Numbered from the stretch's first letter, positions 29,759 through 40,453 are shown. The stretch is 54,783 nt of DNA from Tolypothrix carrinoi HA7290-LM1 (GCA_019358935.1 JAHHIK010000057.1:1-54783); one strand, 5' to 3'. The notes: generated from the sequence alone by a model not told the origin. A program made the numbers and translations.

Positions 29759-32239
29759 ATGACATGGACACCTTTAAGGGATAGGTTGAATAACCTGCCA
29801 CTCGTTCTCGCTGGACCAATTCTGAGACGCACTGAAGCGAATGCTGTAACTGTGTGGGTAGCTTTGAAAGAAAGCCGCACTGTTTATTTAGCTGTTTTTG
29901 ATACTAGCAAAAAATTATTACTTACAGGAAGCCGAAAAACAATTCAACTTGGTATTCATTTGCATGTTGTCGCTGTGACTGCGAAAGCAGAATCAAATGT
30001 GCTTTCACCTGGGGAAAATTATCTCTACAATTTAGCATTTGACCCTGGAGAAACGCTGAGTAAGCCTGGTATTTTAAATTCATCTGGCTCAATTGAAGAT
30101 ATTACATATCCTCCATATAACTTACCTTCTTTCGCGCTTCCGCCAAGTAATTTAAATCATTTACGCATCATTCACGGTTCTTGCCGCAAAGCACACGGAG
30201 AAAGTATTGACGCGCTTGCGACGTTGGACAAGATGATTAAAGAAGCGTTGATACAAGACCCGAAAAAGCGACCGCATCAACTTTTTCTCACTGGCGATCA
30301 AATTTATGCTGATGATGTAGCAGATACTTTACTTTTCATGTTAATTGATGCTGGTCAGACGCTTCTAGGATGGTCGGAGGTGTTACCAGATGTGGAAAAT
30401 ATTGAAGAGTTAAATGCTGGAAAACGCAATAATTTAGCAACATATACTGCTGGTTTGACAAGCAGTCTTACTAAATTTAACAAAATTTCTAATGTTGCTA
30501 AAAGCCATTTATTTACATTAGGCGAATTTTCTGCAATGTATTTATTTGCCTGGTGCGATGCGCTGTGGACTAAACCTGAAGATTTACCAACATATGCAGA
30601 TGTTAACTTGAATGTACCAGGAAAACGAAAAGATATAGCTTTATTTAATGAAGAACTTGGCTATTTACAACAATTTCAGATAACGCTCAAGGAAATCAGA
30701 CGCGCTTTAGCGAATATTCCGACTTACATGATATTTGACGATCATGAAATTACCGATGATTGGTATCTGAATATGGCTTGGTGCGATCGCGTCCTCACTA
30801 AACCCTTAGGCAGACGTGTTCTACAAAATGGTATGCTGGCATATGCTGTATTTCAAGCCTGGGGAAATACACCAGACCAATTTACAGAAGGCAAACCTGG
30901 AAATGCATTACTTGACGCTGCTGTTGCATGGTCAGCATCAAAAGGTGAAAATATAAAGTATGAAAAAGAAATCGCTTATCGCCTTGCTTTACCGACTGTT
31001 GCAGATATTATAAACAACAACCCTAGAGGAATACCTCACACTGACAATAACATAAAATGGCACTACACAGTAACTAGTCCAGGCTATGAAGTCATAGTAC
31101 TCGATACTCGCACTTGGCGCGAATTTCCCGGAAAAGATTTTGATTTTCCGGCACTTTTGGGTGCTAAAGGTTGCGATGAGCAAATATCAAAAGTAGTTCC
31201 TCCTAATACAAAAATAACTTTTTTGATATCCCCTGGTCCAGTTATTGGTGTACCATTTCTAGAAGAAATACAAAAGGTAGTTAAAACTGTATCTCAGCAA
31301 CTGGGTACTGTAGCTTGGGGTTTTGACCCAGAAGCTTGGAGTTTAGATGATGCTGCATTTGAAAGGTTATTTGCGGCTTTAACATTACGCGCATTACCAG
31401 CACAGAAAAGTAGAGTAGTTATCTTGTCTGGTGATGTTCATTACAGTTTTGGTGCTCGTTTACAATATTCAGCAACACGTCCATTTCAAAGTTTAGAAAA
31501 AGTTGATACTGAACTTGTAGTTGCTCAATTTACTAGCAGTTCTTTGAAAAATGAAGTTAAGGGAATAGGTGGCAGCCATTCTTTGCATACTAAAGGTTTT
31601 TTTCCCATAGAATTTATTCATAAATTACCAACTTCTAAGATTATTGGCTGGGAAAATAAAGCTGGTAAGGAATTATAAATTGGTATTTCATATATGATAA
31701 TGGACAATACAATTCAATCTGTCCCTTGGAGAATTAAGGGAAGTCCAGCCGTAATTAATTTAGTTGAAGAGCGCATTTGGCATACAGCGTTAAAAATTAC
31801 AGAAAAACCTGAATGGTTATATCGAATTGATTTTTTGTTAGCTAAATATGAAAAATTCACTGAGCCACCAGGTTCACGTCCTGTTGAAGCGATATCTATA
31901 ATAGCTCCTTTGCCTGGACAAGCACGCAAGGAGTTTTTGGAAAAATATTTAGCGATCGCCAAAAACGATCGTGATTTTCGCGGCAAATGGGGACACGGTA
32001 AACAAATTGTCGGAGTTAACAATATTGGCGAAATTACTTTTGAATTGATTGATGGTAAAGAAATAGCTGTGCAAACTCTTTGGTGGAGATTAGAAAGTTG
32101 GGAAAAAGACAAGCTTTTAGAACCTTTCCCCTTGACTAGATGTGAAGTATCTTTGGTTTTTGATGACAAAGATTACCCAATGGCTGATATTTTGAAGGAA
32201 AGATTCACGCTCGAAAATTTCTTTAAAGAACCGTTTTGA
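29759..32239 (+). pseudogene. PhoD-like metallophosphatase with one in-frame TAA at 31676-31678
   Basis: HGSCRK, LTGDQIYADD, FDDHEITDDW, LSGDVHY. ORFs 29759..31678 and 31694..32239 are in the same frame. Confidence 0.8.
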
Positions 32240-32601
32240 TTAGTTGCCTAAATAGTAGCTTTGCAGCTTAAAGTCGCTTTTCACCGCAATTAAATGCGGT
32301 AAATTACCGTAAACATAGTTATTTATTATACATATTTGATTCAGAATACAAATTTATTTGGATTGTAAAGCCAGTCTGGGTATAACTTAATCTCTCTTGT
32401 CTTAATGTATAAAAAATTGAAAAGTTTATTATTTTACTGGTGTCAACGCATCTGTAATATTTCTTAACAAAAAACTTGGTTAACTCATACTCATATCGAC
32501 TATGATTTAAAAAAGATAAAAAACTCCAGTCTGCAAAGCCTTGTTACAGGTAGGCATCTGGGAACGAGATACGAAAAATTACAACATAAAAGGAACACAA
32601 A

Positions 32602-32997
32602 ATGAACTTTACTCGTTTTGAACACATTAACCTTGCTTGCAAAGATATTGACGCAACCAAAAAGTTTTACCAAACCCTCTTTCCTGATTGGTATGTGCGC
32701 GTTGAAGGTGTATTTAACGGTAGTCGCTGGATGCATTTTGGCAACGATCAATTTTATCTTGCCCTCAACGATTATCCTGAGTTAAAGCATGTGCATACAG
32801 CTTATGAAAATATCGGTATCAATCATGTAGGCTTTACGATTAAAGATGGGGAAGCGATGAAAAAGCTTCTTGATTCTGAAGGCATCGAGTATTATACAAT
32901 GACTGCACCATAAACGAAGCACAGAATTTACGTTAACGATCCTGATGGGAATGAGATTGAGTTAGTTGAATATAACTTAGAGTACGCATTGAGGTAA
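32602..32997 (+). pseudogene. VOC/glyoxalase family protein with in-frame TAA at 32911-32913
   Basis: EHINL and NHVGF motifs. Past the stop the frame reads TKHRIYVNDPDGNEIELVEY, the canonical VOC C-terminal motif. Confidence 0.88.
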
Positions 32998-33017
32998 TTT
33001 TAGTTAGGAGGAAGTTA

Positions 33018-33731
33018 ATGAGTACACCAAATAAAGTTGCTGTAGTTACTGGTGGAAATCGCGGTTTGGGATTTGAAGCTTCTCGTCAGTTAGCTAAACT
33101 TCAGTATCAGGTAGTTCTCACGAGTCGAGATGAAGCAAAAGGTAAAGCTGCGGCTGAAAAGTTGCAAGCTGAGAATTTGGATGTGACATTTCATTCTCTT
33201 GATGTGACTAGTGATGAAAGTAGTCAGAAATTAGCTGAATTTATTTCTCAGCAGTTTGGCAAACTTGATGTTTTGGTGAACAACGCAGGTATATATATTG
33301 ATGAAGTTGGCAAAAACAGTGTTTTGGATGCCAAAGTTGACACTGTGCAGCAAACGATGGAAACGAATGTTTACGGTGTTTTGCGAGTGAGTCAAGCGTT
33401 AATTCCGTTGATGAAGAAACAGAATTATGGACGCATAGTAAATGTTTCTTCTGGGATGGGACAACTTCATGATATGGGTGGTGGTTACACCGGATATCGC
33501 CTTTCTAAAGCTGCTGTGAATGCTTTAACCCGGATTTTTGCAAGCGAATTACAAGGCACAAATATCTTAGTTAATTCTGTTTGCCCTGGTTGGGTAAAAA
33601 CAGATATGGGTGGGGCGAATGCAACTAGAACTCCAGAACAAGGAGTTGATACAATTGTTTGGCTGGCAACTCATGCTGATGGAGGTGCGACGGGTGGATT
33701 TTTCCGGGATAGAAAACCAATTGATTGGTAA
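33018..33731 (+). CDS. SDR oxidoreductase (carbonyl reductase-like)
   Basis: TGGNRGLG, NNAG, YRLSK, CPGWVKTDMGG. Confidence 0.93.
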   Translation: MSTPNKVAVVTGGNRGLGFEASRQLAKLQYQVVLTSRDEAKGKAAAEKLQAENLDVTFHSLDVTSDESSQKLAEFISQQFGKLDVLVNNAGIYIDEVGKNSVLDAKVDTVQQTMETNVYGVLRVSQALIPLMKKQNYGRIVNVSSGMGQLHDMGGGYTGYRLSKAAVNALTRIFASELQGTNILVNSVCPGWVKTDMGGANATRTPEQGVDTIVWLATHADGGATGGFFRDRKPIDW

Positions 33732-33933
33732 TAGTTAGTGGTTATTGGTTAGTTGTTAGTTGGAGCGTTGTTAGTTGTTGGGCAATGGGCATTGGGCATT
33801 GGGCAATGGGCATTGGGCTTTTCCTCTTTCCCCTTTCCCCTTTTCCCTTTTCCCCTCTTCAAATCCCCACTATCCACTATCCACTATCTACTATCCACTA
33901 TCCACTAACTACTAACACCTAACTACTAACTAC
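33726..33933. repeat. Composite STRR heptamer arrays
   Basis: TTAGTTG, TGGGCA(A/T), TTTCCCC, TATCCAC, TAACTAC units. Confidence 0.85.
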
Positions 33934-34041
33934 TCTCTTTTTGATGCATAGTAGCGAGTATTCCTACTCGATTACTAAACAATTGCTGATTTTTCATTGC
34001 CAATTAAACTCCGCAAATATTGCAGAATTAAATATCTATAT

Positions 34042-34860
34042 TTAATAACTTAACTCCTGACTTTTGAGAAATTCTCGAATATATCCAGCGACAATACCAG
34101 CGCAAGATTCTGGTAAGTCGCTTTTACCATGAGCAATTATTTTTAACTCAGATGAAGGAATTTGACTGTAAACTTTACTCATGGCTAAACTGTGTGGTGT
34201 ATCTTCTGCACCTTGCAAAATCAAAACTGGCATTTCTAAAGTATATAATCGGTCGTGTAAGAATTCGGCATTAATTTCTGGCTGCTGACGTTGAAATAAT
34301 ATTTTGCAAGCTGTGGGATATTTCACCAGTGTTTGATAAAGCTGCCAATCTTGTTCAATTTCTTTATCCCAGCCTAACATTTTAGTTATGGGGCGAAGTA
34401 ATCGTAATAATTTAAATATAAAAGGCGATCGCTTTACTAATTGCCGCATTTTCTGCAAACGCTTTTCTTGTCCTTCTATTTCCACACCCTCTGGTGCTAA
34501 CAATACTAAACCAATAACTTGCTGTGAATATTTTAAAGCATAACTAGCAGCAATCCAGCCTCCCAGAGAATGTCCGACTAAATAAACTTTTTCCAGCTTT
34601 AAAGCGTCAATAAATTCAGCAAGAGATTCTAAGAGTAAATCAATTGAGTAATGAACATTAGGATAATCTGACTCACCGAAACCGAATAAATCTGGTGCAA
34701 AGCAATGGTAATTTGAAAGCGATTCCATCACCGATAACCATTCACAGCTATCATTCCAAGCACCATGTAAGAAAATTATAGAAGTTCCTTCCCCAAGTTC
34801 ACGCCAAAATAACAACCCTTGAGAAAGTTTTCTCCGGGAGTTACGAAACAGATTATTCAT
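34042..34860 (-). CDS. Alpha/beta hydrolase
   Basis: FLHG, PDLFGFGES, GHSLGG nucleophile elbow. Confidence 0.9.
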   Translation of the reverse strand: MNNLFRNSRRKLSQGLLFWRELGEGTSIIFLHGAWNDSCEWLSVMESLSNYHCFAPDLFGFGESDYPNVHYSIDLLLESLAEFIDALKLEKVYLVGHSLGGWIAASYALKYSQQVIGLVLLAPEGVEIEGQEKRLQKMRQLVKRSPFIFKLLRLLRPITKMLGWDKEIEQDWQLYQTLVKYPTACKILFQRQQPEINAEFLHDRLYTLEMPVLILQGAEDTPHSLAMSKVYSQIPSSELKIIAHGKSDLPESCAGIVAGYIREFLKSQELSY

Positions 34861-35093
34861 TTTAATTTATTGGTTAGTAGATAGTGGTTAGTGGGGCATG
34901 GGGCATGGGGGAGCCAGTGCGTTGGGCGGCTCTGCCGACTTGAAGCATCTGGCGTCATGGGGCATGGAAAGAATCGTATTTATTCACCCACTCGCGCATC
35001 ACCGAACTTCTTTAATTCCCAATTCCCAATTCCCAATGCCCAATGCCCAATGCCCATTGACAACCAACAACCAACAAGCTGACAATTATACTT

Positions 35094-35588
35094 TTACGCT
35101 AATGTTGTCAAGCCCTGCAAGTAATCTTGCAACTGTCGGTTGTGATCGTGGGACATTTCCCCTGGTGGTAGAGAGTTGAGAGGAAATGCCTGGATTTCCA
35201 TTGCTTCCAAGGTATCCTGAATTTCCATAATTCCTTGCACTTCTGCTTCAACGACAATACAAATCGAATGAATTCTGGGATCGCGATCTGGTGCGGAGTA
35301 GACTCCTACCAAACGCCGAATTTTCACCAAATCAAGCCCAGTTTCCTCCATCAACTCGCGCTGGACTGTATTCGGAATATCTTCTCCCCAGTCCACCATC
35401 CCTCCAGGCAATGCCCAGCGACCATTGTCACGCCGCCGGATTAGCACAATCCTACCATCGGGTAAAATGGGGATGATACTGGTGCCAGTGATGGGATGAC
35501 GAAAGAGGATACCCAGTACGGCTTGTCCAAAGCGCCATAAGCTACGTGTGGACTGGACAGTTGCAGCAAAAAAAGCAAAAACGTTCAA
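35094..35588 (-). CDS. NUDIX hydrolase
   Basis: Nudix box GGMVDWGEDIPNTVQRELMEETGL. Confidence 0.92.
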   Translation of the reverse strand: MNVFAFFAATVQSTRSLWRFGQAVLGILFRHPITGTSIIPILPDGRIVLIRRRDNGRWALPGGMVDWGEDIPNTVQRELMEETGLDLVKIRRLVGVYSAPDRDPRIHSICIVVEAEVQGIMEIQDTLEAMEIQAFPLNSLPPGEMSHDHNRQLQDYLQGLTTLA

Positions 35589-35782
35589 TCTTCCAATGTC
35601 TGTGTTGTACTGTAGAACTCGCCACCACTAACATCCGTTCAACTACGAAAATATTGAATTTTGTGTTATGTCAGGATGCTCGTGGTTTAAGATTTTATAA
35701 GGAAAATGCCGAAAACCCCGGAGGAACAACAGGTACGCAGTACCGTATTCCACAGCGTAAAACCGGCGATGAAGGCTGGGCG

Positions 35783-35935
35783 CTATCCTTTATCCTGCCT
35801 TGGCAATCTCTTGATATAGTCGCGCAAAACCTCTGCTGCCGAAATTTGCTTCGACTCTGCGTATTGATTTAACTTTTCCCATTCGTCGTTACTCAATCTA
35901 AGTTGGTAAACTTTAGGTCTTTTTCTGATTGACAT
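35783..35935 (-). CDS. 50-aa ribbon-helix-helix (CopG-like) protein, not in ORF track
   Basis: Manual translation MSIRKRPKVYQLRLSNDEWEKLNQYAESKQISAAEVLRDYIKRLPRQDKG*, with a beta-strand, helix, S.AE..R helix pattern. Confidence 0.8.
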   Translation of the reverse strand: MSIRKRPKVYQLRLSNDEWEKLNQYAESKQISAAEVLRDYIKRLPRQDKG

Positions 35936-35957
35936 GGTAATGTTTTTGCACTACCAT
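35929..35957 (+). promoter_or_regulatory. Sigma70-like promoter overlapping the RHH start codon and a palindrome
   Basis: TTGACA-N17-TACCAT and an ATGGTA...TACCAT inverted repeat. Confidence 0.6.
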
Positions 35958-35964
35958 TAATCAT

Positions 35965-36475
35965 AACAGGAACGGTAATTAACCTGTATAAAAACCGAAC
36001 TGCCTAAAGGCAATCTGAACCTTCTCCCAAGGGGAGACGCTAACGCGAAGACAATTGAATCTATGCGGTTCTACTGCATTGTTCTAGTTTCCTCCTAGCG
36101 GTAGGTAAAAGATTCACTCCTTAGCTAGACGACTGGTGAATTTTGAAACGATTTGTTTCAAACTAAACAGAACTTGCAGCAATGCAACTACCGAGGGGCA
36201 CTCGGAAAGTTAACGTTTGGGAGCCAGTGCGTTGGGGAGGCAGTGCGTTGCGGAGCCAGTGCCGTGCGGAGGTTCCCTCCGTTGAGGCATCTGGCGTTGG
36301 GGTTCCCCCCGTTGTAGCACCTGCCGTCGGCGGAGCCGACAGTCACGCACCTGGCGTGGAGAGTCCCACCTCTGGGCTAGATAACGCAAGGAATCTAGTT
36401 TAAGTGGTCTCGTTTACCCTGTGAATCCCCGTGCATTTATGCCGGGGAGTGTCAATCTAACGATTACCGCAGAAC
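35965..36475 (+). ncRNA. Putative structured RNA ending in a TnpB omegaRNA-like scaffold plus flanking guide
   Basis: Multiple stems and a 5' H-type pseudoknot. ACCGAGGGGCACTCGGAAAGTTAACG...CCCACCTC...AAGTGG...TCAA resembles IS605 tnpB 3' ends. Confidence 0.55.
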
Positions 36476-36948
36476 ATATCAATTTTAGCATTTGATGAAA
36501 CTAAAACTATGTATATACATAATCATTATGAGCTAATAATTTTTTAGTTTTTAGCTAATATTACCTTGTTGAAAGTGGCAATAAATACTTGCTGAAAAAT
36601 CTAAATTGCTTAAATCTCTACTGGAAATAACGTTAATCTTTTCAACTCTTTAAAATTTTTCTATGAAATTTTCTTATAAAATAGTTTCTATATTTAAATA
36701 TTTTGCTTTTAAATTGCCTATTCCACATCAAAATTGAGCAAGAAAATTACAAATATTAATTCATTGTTAATTAATCAAAAAATAATTCTCAAGTTTGATT
36801 GACAGAAAAAAGTTAAATGCGGTAGACTAGAACACTGTTTAAAGTGTATTGAGTGCTGAGTTAGACTAAGACTATATCAATAACGTTGGTCGTTGATATT
36901 GGCTAAGTTATTTCTGGCTTCAGTTTGTTGTTTATTAATGAGGTGAAC

Positions 36949-37116
36949 ATGGCGAAGCGCCGCAACCCCAAAAAAGAAAAGGCGCTACGGAACCAGGCAT
37001 ATGCCCGAAAGTTTCGTAAACGAACTACTACAGGACGAATGCAGAGAAGATTCCAGCAAAGACCGCCGAAGAGTGAAGAGGATGAGGGCGCAGCTTCAAT
37101 GGATGCTGCTGAATAA
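36949..37116 (+). CDS. Small highly basic protein (55 aa)
   Basis: GAGGTG RBS, MAKRRNPKKEKALRNQAYARKFRKR, upstream TTGACA-N18-TAGACT near 36799. Confidence 0.75.
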   Translation: MAKRRNPKKEKALRNQAYARKFRKRTTTGRMQRRFQQRPPKSEEDEGAASMDAAE

Positions 37117-37341
37117 AGAATGTTGCTCAAATGCTTGTTGAGCTTTTCTTTTAGCTTAGATTCCATAATGCTCCTATCCTTAGCCGATCGCTAGGGGTAG
37201 AGATAAATAGGTAATACGATAATCATACATACCGCTTTGGGACGGCATAGCGTAGATTTAAGTCCTTAAAAGCCAAGGATGTTATGTAGTCTCATAATCC
37301 GTCAATTGAAAGGGCGTATATTATTTATACGCCCTTATTTA

Positions 37342-38730
37342 TTATTTAACAGTTATTTGAGTGCGGGCGGCTTTCAGCGCTTTGCTTACTTGTTCAAAGC
37401 CTGTACCACCGTAGCTGTTGCGGGCTGCAACAACTTGACGGGGGGCGATCGCTTCATAAATATCTGCCTCAAACGCAGGATGCAATTGTTGCCATTCTGA
37501 TAAACTCAAATCTTTTAAAAGTTTACCTGCGGCAATACTGGTTTTCACCACTTTACCCACGAGATTGTAAGCTTCCCGGAAAGGAACACCCCGCGCCGCT
37601 AGATAATCTGCTACATCGGTAGCATTTGAAAAGTCCTCCGCTACAGCTGACGTCAAGCGCTGAGTGCGAAATTCTAAACCTTCCCGCAGCAAAATCGTCA
37701 TCGCTTCTAAACAAGCTTTAACTGTTTTGACACTATCAAATAAACCTTCTTTGTCTTCTTGCAAGTCTTTGTTATATGCCAAAGGTAGCCCCTTCATTAT
37801 CACCAGCATTGCTTGCAGATGACCGAATACGCGCCCAGTTTTCCCCCGCACCAATTCTGGAACATCGGGGTTTTTCTTTTGCGGCATAATGCTGGAACCC
37901 GTAGCACAGCTATCTTTCAGGGTGACAAAGCGGAATTCTTCTGATGACCAAAGAATTACCTCTTCCGAAAGGCGGCTGAGGTGAACCATAATCAAGCTAG
38001 CAGCACACAAGAATTCAATCGCAAAATCGCGATCGCTTACTCCATCCAAGCTATTAGCATAAACTTCGTCAAATTGCAATAGTTCGGCGGTGTAATGGCG
38101 GTCAATCGGGAAAGTAGTTCCCGCTAAAGCACCACACCCTAAAGGCGAAATATTTACCCGGCGAGAAACGTCTGCCAAGCGTTCCCAGTCGCGCTGTGCC
38201 ATCTGATAATATGCTAAGAGGTGATGAGCCAAACTTAGAGGCTGGGCGCGTTGTAGGTGCGTATAACCTGGGATCAGAGTTTGAATATGGTTGTCGGCTA
38301 TATCTAATAAGACAGTTTGAAATTCTCGCAGAGAATTGCGGATGTGTTGAATTTGGTCGCGCAAATAAAGTCTGGTATCGGTACCAACTTGGTCATTACG
38401 CGATCGCGCTGTATGCAGCTTTTTCCCGACATCACCAACAATTTCCGTCAATCGCTTTTCTACGGCAAAGTGTACATCTTCCGCGTCGATACCTGGGTGA
38501 AATTTGCCGGCGCGATATTCCTGACGAATTTGTTCTAAACCTGAAACCAGAAGACTTCCTTCTTCTGGGGAAATGATGTTAGTGTGAGCCAGCATTTTCG
38601 CATGAGCTTGAGAGCCAGTGATATCGTATTCGATTAATTCAATGTCAAAACTTATACTTGCGTTCAAACGAGCGATCGCCGGATGCAAAGCTGATTCAAA
38701 TCGCTGACTCCAAGTTGGTTCTTTTGTCAT
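37342..38730 (-). CDS. argH: Argininosuccinate lyase
   Basis: [33 protein letters not shown]. Confidence 0.98.
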   Translation of the reverse strand: MTKEPTWSQRFESALHPAIARLNASISFDIELIEYDITGSQAHAKMLAHTNIISPEEGSLLVSGLEQIRQEYRAGKFHPGIDAEDVHFAVEKRLTEIVGDVGKKLHTARSRNDQVGTDTRLYLRDQIQHIRNSLREFQTVLLDIADNHIQTLIPGYTHLQRAQPLSLAHHLLAYYQMAQRDWERLADVSRRVNISPLGCGALAGTTFPIDRHYTAELLQFDEVYANSLDGVSDRDFAIEFLCAASLIMVHLSRLSEEVILWSSEEFRFVTLKDSCATGSSIMPQKKNPDVPELVRGKTGRVFGHLQAMLVIMKGLPLAYNKDLQEDKEGLFDSVKTVKACLEAMTILLREGLEFRTQRLTSAVAEDFSNATDVADYLAARGVPFREAYNLVGKVVKTSIAAGKLLKDLSLSEWQQLHPAFEADIYEAIAPRQVVAARNSYGGTGFEQVSKALKAARTQITVK

Positions 38731-38732
38731 AG

Positions 38733-38915
38733 AGATGGGGGGATGGGGGGAGAGGGAGAGGGGGAGAGGGGGAGAGGGGGAGAGGGGGAGATGGGGGGAG
38801 AGGGAGAGGGGGAGAAAGAATTATTCTCATTGTCACCTTGTCACCTTGTCCCCTTGTCCTCCTTGTCCTCCTTGTCCCCCACTCCCCACTCCCCACTCCC
38901 CACTCCCCACTCCCA
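38733..38915. repeat. STRR arrays (GGGGGAGA, TTGTCCTCC, CACTCCC)
   Basis: Direct inspection. Confidence 0.9.
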
Positions 38916-38921
38916 CAAATT

Positions 38922-39128
38922 TTAACCGTAGCTGGTTAGATTCCGGATCATATAGCCAATGACTAACCCAATCAACAGTGCCCACACTTGACCTGTTTGG
39001 ATAAAGTGGTTAAAAGCTGTTTGCACTTGACCGATAAGATTAGCATCTCTAACGGTTTGAGCTAGCATCGTTGAATATACTGGTAAATCCCACACTAACT
39101 GATACATAGAATCTAAAGCGTTGTTCAT
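38922..39128 (-). CDS. Small conserved membrane protein
   Basis: FIQTGQVWALLIGLVIGY motif. Confidence 0.7.
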   Translation of the reverse strand: MNNALDSMYQLVWDLPVYSTMLAQTVRDANLIGQVQTAFNHFIQTGQVWALLIGLVIGYMIRNLTSYG

Positions 39129-39188
39129 ACTTATTAATCAATGGGTTATTCGCAGCATTGTCAGTTGTTTGTTTTACTGACCAAAACT

Positions 39189-39377
39189 AGGGTGCAGGGT
39201 GCAGGGTGTAGGGTGTGGGGTAAGAAAGATAAATTTGTATTATTTGACACCCAGCCCCGAAACCGCCTTGGTGTCATAGCCCCCACCAAAATCTATGATT
39301 TGGTGGTCTAAAATCAGTGGGGGTACTTGCGAACACTGATTTATTCCTTACACCCTACACCCTATACCCCACACCCT
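39189..39377. repeat. Element bounded by inverted AGGGTG(C/T) heptamer arrays
   Basis: AGGGTGCAGGGTGTAGGGTGTGGGG...CACCCTACACCCTATACCCCACACCCT. Confidence 0.7.
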
Positions 39378-39465
39378 TCTTTTTGACATTGACCACATAC
39401 TGAAATTATGTGGATAACTTTAATGTCATAACCTCAAGATGCAGGTGATGTAAATAGGGTCTTTT

Positions 39466-40110
39466 TCATAAATCGACGGGATGCTGTCCATAATAAGGTA
39501 AAGCGTCTGACCAGTGGGGACGCTTGCCTTGTTGCCAGTCGAGATATGCGAGTTCCAACACGCTGGTTACTGTTGCTGCTAAGTTAGATTTGGCTTCGAT
39601 TAATTGATAAGTTGTATTTGAAGCTAATTTTTCTTGCCACGCTTCTGGTGTAAATACGGTATCAGGCAACAAAGATATTAAATTAGAAGCATCAGGCATA
39701 TATTGATAAATAGCTGCAAAAACTTGACCTCGTTGTGCTGGCATTTGCACAGCAATGATACTGTGGTTTGAATCTTTTTGGGAGTAGGCGATCGCTGCTA
39801 ATGTGGAAATAGCAAACACCGGAATATTCAACTGTTGTCCTAATGTTCTGGCAGTTACAACTCCGATTCGAGTACCAGTAAATCCACCGGGTCCCTTGGC
39901 TACGGCGATAAACGCTAAATCTGCCCAAGTTTGCGGTTTAATAAAATTAATTAAGTATTCATGCAACAAGCTAGATACATTACGTTCTAAATTCCAAACG
40001 TCAGAACGTGTATCTTCCGCAAAGTTACTTATTGCCAAACCCAATTCAGGTGTGGTGGTATGTAGCGATAAACCGTATTTTGTTGGTTGGATTTCTAATT
40101 CAGTGGTCAA
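39466..40110 (-). CDS. tsaB: tRNA threonylcarbamoyladenosine biosynthesis protein TsaB
   Basis: IAVAKGPGGFTGTRIG, ISTL, AQRGQVF. Confidence 0.93.
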   Translation of the reverse strand: MTTELEIQPTKYGLSLHTTTPELGLAISNFAEDTRSDVWNLERNVSSLLHEYLINFIKPQTWADLAFIAVAKGPGGFTGTRIGVVTARTLGQQLNIPVFAISTLAAIAYSQKDSNHSIIAVQMPAQRGQVFAAIYQYMPDASNLISLLPDTVFTPEAWQEKLASNTTYQLIEAKSNLAATVTSVLELAYLDWQQGKRPHWSDALPYYGQHPVDL

Positions 40111-40204
40111 GCGATTTTAGATTTAGGATTTTGGATTAACTGCTTTTGTAGTGACGCAATTCATTGCGTCATGACAACGCAATAAATTGCGTTACTACGG
40201 ATTA

Positions 40205-40453
40205 TCAAGTTGGTACCAATTCACCAGGACGCAACTTAGACCATTTACCGGTTTCCCGCTTAAAGCTGAGACAACCGACAACATCCCATTCCATTTCAAT
40301 ATAATCCTCTTTGGGACGGATGTTAACGTTGATAGAGGGTTCATTCGGTTCAAAATTTGGGGTTTCCGTCAGGTGAGGTTGTTCGTGCTGCGTTTCTACT
40401 GCGTTGTAGGTGATGCAGCGGTCTACATAGTGGCAGTTGACACAAATACACAT
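40205..40453 (-). CDS. ycf34: Ycf34 family protein
   Basis: MCICVNCHYVDRCITY...EWDVVGCLSF. Confidence 0.93.
   Translation of the reverse strand: MCICVNCHYVDRCITYNAVETQHEQPHLTETPNFEPNEPSINVNIRPKEDYIEMEWDVVGCLSFKRETGKWSKLRPGELVPT

Larger units (their letters stand above)
35699..36455 (+). mobile_element. Non-autonomous IS200/IS605-family element lacking tnpA and tnpB
   Basis: Begins after TTAT with the same left-end motif as the window-start element. Ends in the hairpin TCCCCGTGCATTTATGCCGGGGA-GTGTCAA. Confidence 0.8.

Noticed and set aside
35966..35997. Bona fide preQ1 riboswitch
   Set aside because: Ligand-binding nucleotides are not evident and no queuosine gene lies downstream. Kept only as a pseudoknot finding.
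35546..36403. ORFs 35546..35872 and 36182..36403 as genes or TnpB
   Set aside because: They cross element boundaries or nested repeats and have no RuvC or zinc-finger motifs. The credible ORF is the antisense RHH gene.
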